Position numbers and translations under genes: made by a program. A stretch of 64,000 nt of DNA from Patescibacteria group bacterium. Lineage in GTDB: Bacteria > Patescibacteriota > Patescibacteriia > UBA1558 > UBA10009. The number at the start of each line of letters is the position of its first letter. Positions within the stretch are counted from its first letter, which is position 1. The DNA lies in contig JBAZSE010000001.1 of assembly GCA_041662565.1 (NCBI GenBank), positions 257,084 through 321,083 on the forward strand. Reading direction: 5' to 3'. A model generated the notes under the pieces. That model was not told the DNA's origin and searched no databases. It saw nothing but the letters and a program-made list of their open reading frames with translations. This document shows, piece by piece, positions 32,199 through 42,741 of the stretch.

Positions 32199-33722
32199 AT
32201 GAATACCATTTCAACAAAAAGAGTTTATTTCGTTGCAGTTGTTTCTTTAGTATTGGGAATCTTATTTGATTATCTGTTTTACGATAAACAAATAGGCATT
32301 TCATTTTTGATTTATGAAGTTTTACTCTTGGCCGGCTTATTTTGCTTTTTGTTTGCTTTTAAAATCCGGCCGGATAAGGCCGTTTTTTTGTTTTTGCCGG
32401 CAATTTTATTTTTTGCCTTAATGGTCGGGATTAGAGATAATATTTTTTTGCTATTTTGGAATGTTGTGATGACGATTGGTTTAATGCTGTTAATGGCGCA
32501 TCAAATAATCGGCCGAAAAATAAATCAGATCCTGTTTTTAGATTATCTTAAAACCGCCGTTATTGTGCCTTTTAGCATGTTAGGTAAATCTATTGGAGCT
32601 TTAGGTAGAATAATTGCCGTGGGTAAAGGCAATAAAGAGAACCAAAAAACTTCGCAAATTGCCAAAGGTATTTTAATTACCTTGCCCATTGCCTTGGCTT
32701 TTTTATTTTTATTAACTTCGGCGGATTTGGTTTTTAAAAAATTGCTTACTAATTTATTCAGTTTTAATTTTAGCATTAATCCCGATGTGGTGGCGCAAAT
32801 TTGGTGGGCCGCGTTTTTTGCTTTTTTGTGGCTGGGTGTTTATATTTACATTTTAGAAAATGCCGGCCAGCCGAAAAATTCCGAGCCGGATTTATTAAAC
32901 CGGATTTATAAGTTTGGCAATATTGAAGCCGGCATTTTATTTACTACCCTAAATGTTTTATTTTTGTCTTTTGTAATTATCCAAATAAAATATTTATTTG
33001 CCGGCCATGGCGCCATAACCCAATTCGGTTACACTTACGCCGAATACGCTCACAAGGGTTTTGGAGAGCTGATCGCGGTTGCTGTAGTAACTTTTGCCCT
33101 TGTTTTTTTGGCCGAAAAGCATATTGAGCGAAGTGAAAATAAACCCAACAGGTTATTTAAAATTTTAACATGTATTTTAATGCTGCTGGTAATAGTGATC
33201 ATGGCTTCGGCTTTTACCAGATTAGGCATTTATGAACAGGCCTATGGTTTTACCTTGTTGCGCCTTTTGGTTCAGGCCTTTATTATCTGGCTAGCCGTTG
33301 TATTTTTGTGGTTAACTTATAAAATTATCAGGAACACAAAAGATCGGCCGTTTATCTTTGGCATATTTTTGTCGGTTGTAACGTTTTTTGTCGTTTTTAA
33401 TCTGTTTAATCCCGATGCTTTTGTGGCTAAAAAAAACATCAATCAATTTGTTAAAACAGGCGCTTTGGATACCAAATATTTGTCAACTTTATCAGCGGAT
33501 GTGGTGCCTGATTTGATGCCATTGTTAGCCATGCCTCAAATCCAGGATAAATACGGTAATCAGCTGGCTATAGAGATTGCGTTCATCTTAAAGAATTTTT
33601 ATGATTTATCAGCCAAACAACCTTGGCAATCTTACAATCTTTCTCGCATAAGGGCTATTGAGCTGATAAATAGCCAGTGGGGTCTGATTTCAACCTTAGC
33701 CCAGAAGAAGTTAATTAATTAA
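32199..33722 (+). CDS. polytopic membrane protein of unknown function
   Basis: 507 aa with at least 10 hydrophobic helices. Confidence 0.4.
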   Translation: MNTISTKRVYFVAVVSLVLGILFDYLFYDKQIGISFLIYEVLLLAGLFCFLFAFKIRPDKAVFLFLPAILFFALMVGIRDNIFLLFWNVVMTIGLMLLMAHQIIGRKINQILFLDYLKTAVIVPFSMLGKSIGALGRIIAVGKGNKENQKTSQIAKGILITLPIALAFLFLLTSADLVFKKLLTNLFSFNFSINPDVVAQIWWAAFFAFLWLGVYIYILENAGQPKNSEPDLLNRIYKFGNIEAGILFTTLNVLFLSFVIIQIKYLFAGHGAITQFGYTYAEYAHKGFGELIAVAVVTFALVFLAEKHIERSENKPNRLFKILTCILMLLVIVIMASAFTRLGIYEQAYGFTLLRLLVQAFIIWLAVVFLWLTYKIIRNTKDRPFIFGIFLSVVTFFVVFNLFNPDAFVAKKNINQFVKTGALDTKYLSTLSADVVPDLMPLLAMPQIQDKYGNQLAIEIAFILKNFYDLSAKQPWQSYNLSRIRAIELINSQWGLISTLAQKKLIN

Positions 33723-33788
33723 TATAAAGTTTTTGTTTCACTTAAATTGTGGTATAATATTAATCTAAACAGTAATCAATAATACTAT

Positions 33789-33854
33789 ATGGCCAAAGGC
33801 AATAATTCGCGCAGAAAAGAAACCAAGAAACCAAAAAAAGGCGCTAAAAAATAA
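33789..33854 (+). CDS. 21-aa Lys-rich peptide MAKGNNSRRKETKKPKKGAKK (not in ORF track)
   Basis: Extended -10 promoter TGTGGTATAAT at 33749-33759, then the ORF, then a hairpin terminator at 33866-33898 (aaccccg...cggggtt plus T-run). Confidence 0.3.
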   Translation: MAKGNNSRRKETKKPKKGAKK

Positions 33855-33953
33855 ATTCTGCTCTAAAACCCCGTTCTTTGCAAAGGGCGGGGTTTTTATT
33901 TTAGACAAATGCACAGATTATGATTTTAGGTCATTTTTTGCTATTATAAGTAA

Positions 33954-34451
33954 ATGCAAACACCTTTTAGAAAACCCGGTGAATTTACTAACATCGTGCC
34001 TGATCCTCATTTAACTCAAGCCAAGTTTAATCAACTTCAGGATAAATTAGCTAAGCTTAAATCGGCCTTGCCAGGAGCAATTAAAGAACTTCAGCGCTTG
34101 GCGGAAATGGGCGATTTTTCCGAAAACGCCGCTTACCAAATGGCCAAAGGCAGGGTTAGATCCTTAAACGATAAGATTTTTGGGATTGAAGAGCATTTAA
34201 AATCCGCTATTATTATCCAGCCAGTTGATCAATCAGGCAGTGTGCAATTGGGCAGTACGGTAACCATTAATTTGGCCGGCCAAGAAAAAACCTATTTGAT
34301 CCTGGGTTCGGCGGAAATTGATTTGTCTCAAAATATTATTTCCCATAATTCACCCTTGGGCTTTGCCTTAATGGGTAAAAAACCCGGAGATGACTTTACT
34401 ATTAAACAAGGTGATAAAGAAACAATTGGCCAAGTAATTAAAGTTGAATAA
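33954..34451 (+). CDS. greA: transcription elongation factor GreA
   Basis: GDFSENAAYQMAKGR motif and a C-terminal FKBP-like domain. Confidence 0.85.
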   Translation: MQTPFRKPGEFTNIVPDPHLTQAKFNQLQDKLAKLKSALPGAIKELQRLAEMGDFSENAAYQMAKGRVRSLNDKIFGIEEHLKSAIIIQPVDQSGSVQLGSTVTINLAGQEKTYLILGSAEIDLSQNIISHNSPLGFALMGKKPGDDFTIKQGDKETIGQVIKVE

Positions 34452-34456
34452 TTTTC

Positions 34457-34708
34457 ATGTATTACCTTTATTTGGTTAAATGCTCGGATGCCACTTTGTA
34501 CGCCGGCATAACCATTGATTTAAAAAGGCGGATTAATGAACATAATGGTTCGCCTCTGGGAGCAAAATATACCAGAGGCCGCAGGCCGGTTAAGCTTGTT
34601 TTTTTTAAAAAGTATAAGAATAAATCTTTAGCTACCAAAGCCGAGTCCAAAATTAAAAAACTATCCAGAACGGAAAAATTAAAATTATGTATAAAAAAAT
34701 CATTATAG
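34457..34708 (+). CDS. GIY-YIG nuclease family protein (YhbQ/UPF0213-like)
   Basis: MYYLYLVKCSDATLYAGIT...RRINEHN, the GIY-YIG core. Confidence 0.8.
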   Translation: MYYLYLVKCSDATLYAGITIDLKRRINEHNGSPLGAKYTRGRRPVKLVFFKKYKNKSLATKAESKIKKLSRTEKLKLCIKKSL

Positions 34709-35664
34709 TAGTTTCTTTAATTTTAGTAATTTTACTTGGCTTGTTTGTTTGGCAAAAGTTTTTTAAAGCTCCTAATTGGCAGGCAGGGTGCACTATGGAA
34801 GCTAAATTATGCCCAGATGGCTCGGCTGTGGGCCGAAGCGGACCTAATTGCGAGTTTAGCGCTTGTCCGGAAGTTGTTAAAGATAACCCTGATAACGGCT
34901 GGAAAACTTTAACTGATTCATTACAGGGCATAAGTTTTAAATATCCCGAAAAATTATCGGCAAATTTTACCAGCACTGTGGCCTGGCCGCCGGTAGTTAA
35001 AGTTGAAATTGGAAAATTTATCTGTAATGCTCAAGATGGCACAGCCAGTTTGCCTTCAAGAATTATTAAAAGATTGGTTGATGATAGGGTTTATTGCGTT
35101 GAAGCTATGAGTGAAGGCGCGGCCGGCAGTACATATACTTCTTACGCTTATACCACCGCGCAGTTTGGTAAATTAATAACGTTGTCTTTTACTTTGCGTT
35201 ATCCGCAATGTTTAAATTATGATGATCCGCAAAAAACATCTTGCCAAAATGAAAGAGAGAGTTTTGATTTGGACGGCGTAGTTGATAGGATGTTTCAGAG
35301 CATTGTTTTTATTGGCAATGTTGCTGCTAAAGCCGATTTAGTTAAAGTTGATTTTCCATTAGTTAATCAAGTTGTTAGCAGTCCGTTAACAGTTAGCGGT
35401 CAAGCCAGGGGAGTATGGTTTTTTGAAGCCAGTTTTCCGGTTCAGCTAATAGATGTTGACGGACAAATTATAGCTTCGGGAATTGCCCAGGCCAAAGGCG
35501 ATTGGATGACTCAGGAATTTGTGCCATTTGAAGCCAAATTATCTTTTACTCCACCTCCTCAAAGCACCAAAGGCCTGTTAATTCTTAAAAAAGATAATCC
35601 CTCGGGTTTGCCGGAGCATGATGATTTTTTGGAAATGCCGGTTGTTTTTAACAATAGTAATTAA
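34687..35664 (+). CDS. secreted protein with C-terminal Gmad2 Ig-like domain
   Basis: N-terminal TM/signal. The C-terminal ~110 aa (SGQARGVWFFEASFPVQLIDVDGQII...GLLILKKDNPSGLPE) matches the Gmad2/GerM-associated pattern. Confidence 0.55.
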   Translation: MYKKIIIVVSLILVILLGLFVWQKFFKAPNWQAGCTMEAKLCPDGSAVGRSGPNCEFSACPEVVKDNPDNGWKTLTDSLQGISFKYPEKLSANFTSTVAWPPVVKVEIGKFICNAQDGTASLPSRIIKRLVDDRVYCVEAMSEGAAGSTYTSYAYTTAQFGKLITLSFTLRYPQCLNYDDPQKTSCQNERESFDLDGVVDRMFQSIVFIGNVAAKADLVKVDFPLVNQVVSSPLTVSGQARGVWFFEASFPVQLIDVDGQIIASGIAQAKGDWMTQEFVPFEAKLSFTPPPQSTKGLLILKKDNPSGLPEHDDFLEMPVVFNNSN

Positions 35665-35670
35665 TATTTT

Positions 35671-36336
35671 ATGATTTTGTGGAATTTTTTTAAATCAATT
35701 TATTTTCAGCACAAGGATTTTTGGACCAAAGAAAGATGCGCTTTATTGATCGGCGGAATTTTATTTTTTGTTGCGGCTTTGGTGTTGCAGGGTGTTGCCG
35801 GTCGTTACTTGGCATCCGTGGTGGGTACGCCGGTTAATGATTTAATTTTAAAATATTTGCCTCTTTTGGATATTGATTTGTTGATTGTCCAAGGCGCCTT
35901 GGTATTAACTTTTATTTTAATTTGGCTGTTTTTAACCAAGCCCAAATATTTGTTGTTTGCCCTTAAAGCCCTGGCCTTGTTTGTGATGATCCGCTCATTT
36001 TTTATTACTTTAACCCATTTGGGCATTAGCCCACATCAACTGGTTTTTGACGCTAACAGTTTTGGTTTTGGTTTGTATAATTTTTTGTATAACAGTAAAA
36101 GCGATTTTTTCTTTTCCGGGCACACCGGCGTGCCATTTTTAATGGGGTTGATTTTTTGGCCGGAAAAATGGTGGCGGATTTTTTTCTTTACGGTTTCTTT
36201 TTTATTCGGTTGCGGCGTTTTAATCGCTCGGGTTCATTATTCCATAGATGTTTTTGCCGCGCCTTTTATTACTTACGCCATTTTTGCCATGGCTAAAAAA
36301 CTGTTTCCCAAAGATTATTTTTTGCTGCGATCATAG
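35671..36336 (+). CDS. PAP2-superfamily-like membrane protein
   Basis: SGHTG and RVHYSID motifs (PSGH / SR-x5-H-x3-D-like) within a 5-6 TM protein. Confidence 0.4.
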   Translation: MILWNFFKSIYFQHKDFWTKERCALLIGGILFFVAALVLQGVAGRYLASVVGTPVNDLILKYLPLLDIDLLIVQGALVLTFILIWLFLTKPKYLLFALKALALFVMIRSFFITLTHLGISPHQLVFDANSFGFGLYNFLYNSKSDFFFSGHTGVPFLMGLIFWPEKWWRIFFFTVSFLFGCGVLIARVHYSIDVFAAPFITYAIFAMAKKLFPKDYFLLRS

Positions 36337-36407
36337 GATTAATTTTAATTTAAACGGGGCTGGGATACGCCCTGTTTTAAGTTGTGATTTTCTGTTAAAA
36401 TTACTTT

Positions 36408-37817
36408 ATGTTTTGGAAAAATAATTTATCAATACCAATAGGGGTTTTACTGGTAATATTATTAATGCCGTTATTTGGTGTTTTTTCACAAGAAGCCGCT
36501 TCAAACCAACTAACAGCGGAGCAAACCAAAGAATTGCAAACAGAATTGGATAAGATTGAATTTGAAATAGCTCAATACGAAAGCCAGCTTTCTTCGGTTA
36601 AATCGGAAAAAAACACTTTAAATAAAAAAATCAGCCAGCTTAAGTTGCAACAAAGCAAGCTTAAAGCCCAAATTAAGCAATCAACTTTAGCCATAAAAAG
36701 TTTGGAAAATCAGTTAACGGAGGTGGAAAAAGATATTCAAGCCCGGGCCGAAAAAGTTTCTTTGTTAAACAATTCGGTAGCAGAATTAATTAGGCAAATC
36801 AACCAAAAAGACCGTCATTCGATTTTGGCAATTTTAACCAATCAAAACGGTTTGGGTGCTTTTTTTGAATCTTTAAGCGAATACAAAAAAATCAGTGCCA
36901 GTTTAACAACAGCGGTAGAGGAATTAAAAGCTGAACAAGCGGCTTTGGCTGTTGACGGTGAAAAGCTTAATAACCAGCGAGATGACCAGCAGAATTTATT
37001 ATCTATCGTTAGTTTGCAAAATAAAGAACTTGCTTCCACTTTGGCCGAACGAAGCGATTTGTTGGCCAAAACCAAGGACCAGGAAAAAAATTATCAGGCC
37101 GTTTTGGCTGACCGTAAAAAACGTGCCGCTCAAATCAAAAGCCGGATTTACGAACTTTTGGGCATTAGCACCCAAGTTACTTTTGGTCAGGCCTTAGTTA
37201 TTGCTCAGTGGGCCGAAAGTCAAACAGGGGTTAGGGCGGCTTTTTTGTTGGCTATATTAACTCAAGAATCCAATTTGGGCAAAAACGTGGGTACCTGCAA
37301 TCGCGTTGGCGATCCACCAGAAAAAAGTTGGCAGGTAATTATGCCTGGTCCGATCCATTACGCTAACTATGTTAAAAACGGCAAATCCTGCGAAGGGGCC
37401 GATACCCCTTGCTCTTATCGTAATGACCAAGATGCTTTTGTTTCTATAACTTCCGAGCTAGGCATGGATCCTGATATCACTCCTGTTTCCTGCCCCATGA
37501 AAGATAGTAAGGGTAATCGGCTGGGTTGGGGAGGTGCCATGGGGCCGGCACAGTTTATTCCAACCACTTGGCTGGGGTATAAAGCCAAGGTTGCCGCTTT
37601 AACCGGCAAGGCCGCTAATCCTTGGGATATTAGGGATGCTTTTGCCGCGGCCGCCATTAAATTAAAGGCCGACGGTGCCGGCAGTAAATCCGGTGAATGG
37701 GCGGCGGCTATGAAATATTTTTCAGGTTCAACCAATACCAGGTATCGTTTTTACGGGGATAATGTGGCAGCTACAGCTGAAAAATACCAGCAGGATATTG
37801 ATGATTTAGCTAATTAA
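36408..37817 (+). CDS. coiled-coil protein with C-terminal lytic murein transglycosylase (MltB/SLT_2-like) domain
   Basis: Signal peptide, a long heptad-repeat region, then LTQESNLG...GWGGAMGPAQFIPTTW, characteristic of MltB-family transglycosylases. Confidence 0.7.
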   Translation: MFWKNNLSIPIGVLLVILLMPLFGVFSQEAASNQLTAEQTKELQTELDKIEFEIAQYESQLSSVKSEKNTLNKKISQLKLQQSKLKAQIKQSTLAIKSLENQLTEVEKDIQARAEKVSLLNNSVAELIRQINQKDRHSILAILTNQNGLGAFFESLSEYKKISASLTTAVEELKAEQAALAVDGEKLNNQRDDQQNLLSIVSLQNKELASTLAERSDLLAKTKDQEKNYQAVLADRKKRAAQIKSRIYELLGISTQVTFGQALVIAQWAESQTGVRAAFLLAILTQESNLGKNVGTCNRVGDPPEKSWQVIMPGPIHYANYVKNGKSCEGADTPCSYRNDQDAFVSITSELGMDPDITPVSCPMKDSKGNRLGWGGAMGPAQFIPTTWLGYKAKVAALTGKAANPWDIRDAFAAAAIKLKADGAGSKSGEWAAAMKYFSGSTNTRYRFYGDNVAATAEKYQQDIDDLAN

Positions 37818-38005
37818 AAATTAAGTATCAGGTATTAGTGATCAGATGACATTGTTTTAGTTTATAGTGTTTAACCCGAATGTTGTTGGGTAAAACACTT
37901 TTTTATTTTTTAGCTGATTTGACAAAATTCAATTATTGTAGTATAGTTAAATGTTTCGTTCGTAAACATCAAAAAAATGCCCAAAAACGGGTAAGAAAGG
38001 CCAAA

Positions 38006-39352
38006 ATGAAGAAAATCTGGTTGCTATCTCTTGCCATTGTTGCGATAATCGTCATTATTGCAATATTTGCAAATCGTCAGACCGTTAACATTGAACCAAC
38101 GGAAACGGTAATGATTGATTCAACGGAGCAGGCATCTGCTGCTGTTACAAGTCCTACTTCCTCGGAAGTGATTACCAGTAGTCCTTTACCTGAAATTCTT
38201 GATTCAACTGATGAATCAATTCGAATTAAGCTTGATCAGGTTCGGGTAGTTGCTCGTGAGGACACTTTGATTATTATGGCTAGGCAGGAATCTACTGATG
38301 AACAATCAGCGCGCCTTGCCGTCAAAGTTGAGCCGGTTGTGGAAGTTGAAGATGAAGTTGACTTGGTTCAAACCATCGCCACTCCAGCGAAGATGATTGT
38401 TCAAGAAGTAATTCTTGGTCAAGGCCAAGATACTCTTTGGTCCGATGAACGTCCTTCACCTTGGAAACGAGTTGCTGGTTCAAGCGGTGTGGCTAAAGGA
38501 GCGTTGGTTGATTATCAGTATAGTTACGGCGATCGACCTGTAAAAAAGGTGGAATATGTCGTAATTGGCAATCAACTTCAGATTTTGAGCGAGGAATTGA
38601 TTCAAGCCATGCTTGAGCAATACCGGCAGAATCTCGCTAATGTTTCTGCTACCGAAACAGAAGAATTTGATCTGATTGTAAATCTTGATTTGTCCGGCTC
38701 TTCAGCCAATTCAAATTCGAGCAACAATTATCGTTTTGCTCGAGTTGATGAGGTTGAGTGGTCAACTGATAAGATTAAGGTCATGGAGTTTACGCTTCGT
38801 GACCAAAATCCTGATTTAAGTGAGTTACTTGGTCAGATTAAATCTGAGTTGTCTTCTTCGGTTGTTGACCTTCCTTTTGTCCAGGTTGTAATTCATGTGA
38901 TTCGACTTGGACAGGCAACGCCAAATTTGGCTATTCAAACGGGGGAAAGCGTTCCTAACTGGCTTAAGCCGGATGGGATCTATGCTTTCTCAGCGAATTT
39001 CCAAGGCGATAATGATTATAATCCAAACTTACCGAAACCATTTACCGGAAAATTGTCTGAGTTTGGCGTTTATTGGCATTTGATAGAACTTTCAGAAATT
39101 TCTTTTGCAGTGCCATTGATTGCCCGATTGGCGATTAATAACCATGGACATTTGGTTGGAGTTATAGATGGAGTCACCTTCCAAATAATGATCTATGGGT
39201 TTCGGGTCCAGTTTCCTGTTATAGGTATAAGGTCAGAATTTGGCACAAATGGCATAACCAGCGTATCCGAATTGGGTATTTTTTCTTCAATACAGTCTGG
39301 TTCATACTATGGTCAATCCATTCATTTGCCCACTATCACTTACGAGTGGTAG
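38006..39352 (+). CDS. secreted/anchored hypothetical protein with atypical codon usage
   Basis: MKKIWLLSLAIVAIIVIIAIF signal anchor. GC and codon usage differ from neighbours. A hairpin terminator lies at 39365-39398. Confidence 0.35.
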   Translation: MKKIWLLSLAIVAIIVIIAIFANRQTVNIEPTETVMIDSTEQASAAVTSPTSSEVITSSPLPEILDSTDESIRIKLDQVRVVAREDTLIIMARQESTDEQSARLAVKVEPVVEVEDEVDLVQTIATPAKMIVQEVILGQGQDTLWSDERPSPWKRVAGSSGVAKGALVDYQYSYGDRPVKKVEYVVIGNQLQILSEELIQAMLEQYRQNLANVSATETEEFDLIVNLDLSGSSANSNSSNNYRFARVDEVEWSTDKIKVMEFTLRDQNPDLSELLGQIKSELSSSVVDLPFVQVVIHVIRLGQATPNLAIQTGESVPNWLKPDGIYAFSANFQGDNDYNPNLPKPFTGKLSEFGVYWHLIELSEISFAVPLIARLAINNHGHLVGVIDGVTFQIMIYGFRVQFPVIGIRSEFGTNGITSVSELGIFSSIQSGSYYGQSIHLPTITYEW

Positions 39353-39524
39353 TCATAAGAGGTAATACAGACGTTCAGTGTAAACTGGACGTCTTTTTTT
39401 TGATGTTTTTGATTTAAGGGCTTTAAAACTTGACAAAATTCAAAAAATAAATTACAATATTGTCTATTACCTTGAGAATTGCGGGTTTTCGTGATTCTTT
39501 TAATTTATAGGGGCAAAATTTACT

Positions 39525-41327
39525 ATGGAAATCAGAAATATAGCCATTATCGCTCATGTTGACCATGGCAAAACAACTTTAACCGATGCTTTAATGAAGC
39601 AAACCGGCATGACCGATGGCACAGTAACCATGGACAGCAATACTTTGGAAAAAGAACGGGGGATTACCATTTATTCCAAAAACACCTCGGTTTTTTACCC
39701 TTCGGCAAGCTCAGGGCGTGCCGTTACCAAAATCAACATCGTGGATACTCCGGGACATGCCGACTTTAGTTCGGAAGTGGAACGTATTTTAAGATCCATT
39801 GATTGCGTTTTATTATTGGTTGATGCGCAAGAAGGCCCCATGCCTCAAACCAAATTCGTCCTAAAAAAATCCTTACAACTCGGCTTAAAACCTATTGTGG
39901 TTATTAACAAGATTGATAAACCGGCTGCTAGGCCTTTGGAAGTTCAGGAAATGGTTTACGAATTGTTTTTGGATCTGGGCGCTAGTGATGAACAGTTGGG
40001 TTTTCCGGTAATTTTTGCCGCTTCCAAATTGGGCTTGGCTAAAATGAAATTGGAAGAAGAAGCCAAAGATTTAACTCCTCTGTTAGATTTGATTTTGGAA
40101 AAAGTGCCAAGTATTTCGCCGGAAGCCGTAGCCCAGCCATTTGCCGCTCAGCCGTTTAACCTGGCTTATGATAATTTTTTGGGTAGGTGCGCTATTTGCC
40201 GGGTTTATGCCGGCACAGTTAAAGATGGTCAAACAGTTTCCGTTATCAACGGTTCCGCTCGCACTGGAAAAATTACCAAACTTTTTACTTTTCAAGGATT
40301 AACCAGGCAGGAAGTGGCAGAATCCCAAGCCGGGGATATTGTGATGATTGCCGGCATTCCGGATATTGAAATAGGTGAAACCATTGCCGCCTCTTCTTCA
40401 CAAAAACCTTTACCCGCTATTTCTATTGATGAACCGACAATTTCTTTGAATTTTTTAGTCAACAATTCGCCGTTTGCCGGACGCGAAGGTAAATTTGTTA
40501 CCAATCGCCAGATTAAGGAAAGATTGGAAAAAGAATTGGAAGTTAACGTTGGCTTAAAAATCGATTTTTCCGATAATGCTTTTTACAATGTTTGCGGCCG
40601 CGGTGAACTTCATATTGCCATTTTACTGGAAAACTTAAGGCGCGAGGGCTATGAGTTGCAGGTTTCTCAACCCCAGGTAATTATTAAAGAAGTTAATGGT
40701 CAAAAATTAGAGCCGTTTGAAGAAGTAACGATTGATGTGCCCGAGGCCTCTCAGGGCACGGTGATTGAAAAAGTTTCCAAGCGAAAAGGCCTGCTAACTG
40801 ATTTAAAAACCCATAACGGCCAAACTCGATTGGTTTTTGAAATGCCTACCCGCGGTTTGCTTGGTTACCGCAATGAATTTGTAGTTGATACCAGAGGCGA
40901 AGGCATATTATGTACTCATGTTTTGGGCTTTAAACCTTATGCCGGTGAAATTGAAAGAACCGAACTGGGAAGCATGATTTCTATGGCAACCGGCAAGGCC
41001 TTGGCTTTTTCTTTGGCTAATTTGCAGGAAAGAGGCACTTTGTATATTACCGCCAATACCGAAGTTTACGAAGGCATGGTTATCGGCAACGCCGCTAAAG
41101 GCAACGATATGGCTGTTAATCCCATTAAGGGCAAACAGTTAACCAACATGCGCGCTTCCGGATCGGATGATGCTATTAAGCTGGTAACCCCCATGGAAAT
41201 AACACTGGAAACCGGCTTGGCGATTATGAATGAAGATGAATATTTGGAAGTAACTCCTAAAAGCGTGCGTTTGCGCAAACAGTATTTAACCGAAAATGAA
41301 CGGGTCAGATACAAGCGCAAAAATTAA
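39525..41327 (+). CDS. typA: translational GTPase TypA/BipA
   Basis: G1 [11 protein letters not shown]3 DTPGHADF, G4 NKID, and EF-G-like domains. 600 aa. Confidence 0.95.
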   Translation: MEIRNIAIIAHVDHGKTTLTDALMKQTGMTDGTVTMDSNTLEKERGITIYSKNTSVFYPSASSGRAVTKINIVDTPGHADFSSEVERILRSIDCVLLLVDAQEGPMPQTKFVLKKSLQLGLKPIVVINKIDKPAARPLEVQEMVYELFLDLGASDEQLGFPVIFAASKLGLAKMKLEEEAKDLTPLLDLILEKVPSISPEAVAQPFAAQPFNLAYDNFLGRCAICRVYAGTVKDGQTVSVINGSARTGKITKLFTFQGLTRQEVAESQAGDIVMIAGIPDIEIGETIAASSSQKPLPAISIDEPTISLNFLVNNSPFAGREGKFVTNRQIKERLEKELEVNVGLKIDFSDNAFYNVCGRGELHIAILLENLRREGYELQVSQPQVIIKEVNGQKLEPFEEVTIDVPEASQGTVIEKVSKRKGLLTDLKTHNGQTRLVFEMPTRGLLGYRNEFVVDTRGEGILCTHVLGFKPYAGEIERTELGSMISMATGKALAFSLANLQERGTLYITANTEVYEGMVIGNAAKGNDMAVNPIKGKQLTNMRASGSDDAIKLVTPMEITLETGLAIMNEDEYLEVTPKSVRLRKQYLTENERVRYKRKN

Positions 41328-41480
41328 AACGTCGTTGTTGTAAAATTTATGGTAATTTCACCGTAGAGGCGGGGTAACCCCGCCTCTACTTTGTTTTCGA
41401 TAATAATGGTTTTATCATACCGTTTTAATTTTTGCGCTTTTTGTGTTATGATTAAGGTATAATTATTAACCTTTTAATAT

Positions 41481-41690
41481 ATGCAGGATAATAATATGTG
41501 TTCCGGCAAGGGCTGTTGCCCATGCCCTCATCATAAAATCATCTCGGTGTTAATCACCCTGTTTGGTTTGCTTTTTTTGCTGGGCGCTATGGAAATTTTT
41601 AGCGAAACAACGGTTGGTTTTGTTTGGCCGGTTTTGGTTATTATAGCCGGTTTGTTTAAAATGACTTCCAATAAGTGTAAGTGTTGTTAA
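41481..41690 (+). CDS. small Cys-rich membrane protein (N-terminal MCSGKGCCPCPHH, C-terminal KCKCC)
   Basis: 69 aa with 2 TM helices. It shares the CSG[NK]GCC N-terminal motif with the SIMPL protein at 14761. A terminator follows at 41708-41740. Confidence 0.4.
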   Translation: MQDNNMCSGKGCCPCPHHKIISVLITLFGLLFLLGAMEIFSETTVGFVWPVLVIIAGLFKMTSNKCKCC

Positions 41691-41746
41691 GAATTTAGCA
41701 TATTTAAAAACCCCGCCCTTTGTAAAGAGCGGGGTTTTTGTTTTAT

Positions 41747-42385
41747 TTAAGAGTTCGGCGCCAGTTGATTTATGGCTAGGGCGGCGTCTTTATTTTCTAC
41801 AATAATCGTTAATTCGGAAGATGAAGAAATCACCTCAATGATGTTTATTTTTTTAATGGCGATTTTTTTAATTAAACTGTAAATAATGTTGGGCTCTGAA
41901 AGGTAGCTAAGCGGAAATTTTAATGAAATGCCGGTAAGGTTTTTTTTGTGAAAAAGGTGGTTTGGGCCGAAATCGTTTTTTATTCTGGCCATGGATTTTT
42001 GATCGCCAACCATGGTAATTTCGGTGATGCTTTGGGTAATGGCCAAAAAGTTTTGTTCCTGATGAGCCAGTTGTTTGTAAGAGTGGGAAAGTTTTTGTAA
42101 AAAAACCGAGGTTTTTTCGTAAGACAATTCTTCCAAATCAGCGTAAACCGCCAGACGGGAAATTTTTAAGTTTTTCTCTTCTGCTTGTTCCGGCAAACTT
42201 TTGGCTATTCTGGAAAGGGTAACCACGATAGAGCTGGTTTTGATGTTTTTTTTCGTTAAAACTTCAACTTTACTTTTGATTTTTTTGGCATAGGCCGAAA
42301 GGTTAATTAAACCCTTTTTTAAAGGAGAGTGAAGTTCCATGTCTTGTTCCACCAGATTTTTTACCGCTTCAGATATTTTTAACAT
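41747..42385 (-). CDS. hypothetical protein (possible ACT-like C-terminal domain)
   Basis: 212 aa. The C-terminal region shows a beta-alpha-beta-beta-alpha-beta-like pattern. It is transcribed divergently from the lysW operon. Confidence 0.25.
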   Translation of the reverse strand: MLKISEAVKNLVEQDMELHSPLKKGLINLSAYAKKIKSKVEVLTKKNIKTSSIVVTLSRIAKSLPEQAEEKNLKISRLAVYADLEELSYEKTSVFLQKLSHSYKQLAHQEQNFLAITQSITEITMVGDQKSMARIKNDFGPNHLFHKKNLTGISLKFPLSYLSEPNIIYSLIKKIAIKKINIIEVISSSSELTIIVENKDAALAINQLAPNS

Positions 42386-42502
42386 ATTTGTTATAAATTA
42401 AACATTTAGTAAATATATTGTAACAAATTCATAAAAATTTTACAAGCTGGCATTAATCCGATAAATTATTGTTAGTATTATCATAATTTAATTGTTTAAT
42501 AT

Positions 42503-42736
42503 ATGTCTAACTTAACCGTTTCCTGTCCGTGGGATGATTGCCAAAATTTAGTTGCCATTGCCGATTCCGCTCAAGAAAGCGATGTTTTGGTTTGTCGCAC
42601 AAACGAGCAAACACCAGCCAATGCCCAAGGTTGTAACCGCAATGTGGAAGTAACCTCATTGGTTAAAGCAGAAAATAATTTGCCTGTTTCAGCCGTGCTG
42701 AGCCCTTTGGCAGTAAGCGAAGATTGGGGAGAATAA
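42503..42736 (+). CDS. lysW: amino-group carrier protein LysW
   Basis: Zinc-finger Cys pairs CPWDDC...CRTN...GC, acidic linker, and the diagnostic C-terminal EDWGE. Confidence 0.8.
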   Translation: MSNLTVSCPWDDCQNLVAIADSAQESDVLVCRTNEQTPANAQGCNRNVEVTSLVKAENNLPVSAVLSPLAVSEDWGE

Positions 42737-42741
42737 CAACT

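Noticed and set aside
37880-38005. N-terminal 42 aa of ORF 37880-39352
   Set aside because: No RBS. Lys/Arg-rich read-through of the upstream region. A signal-anchor start at 38006 fits better.
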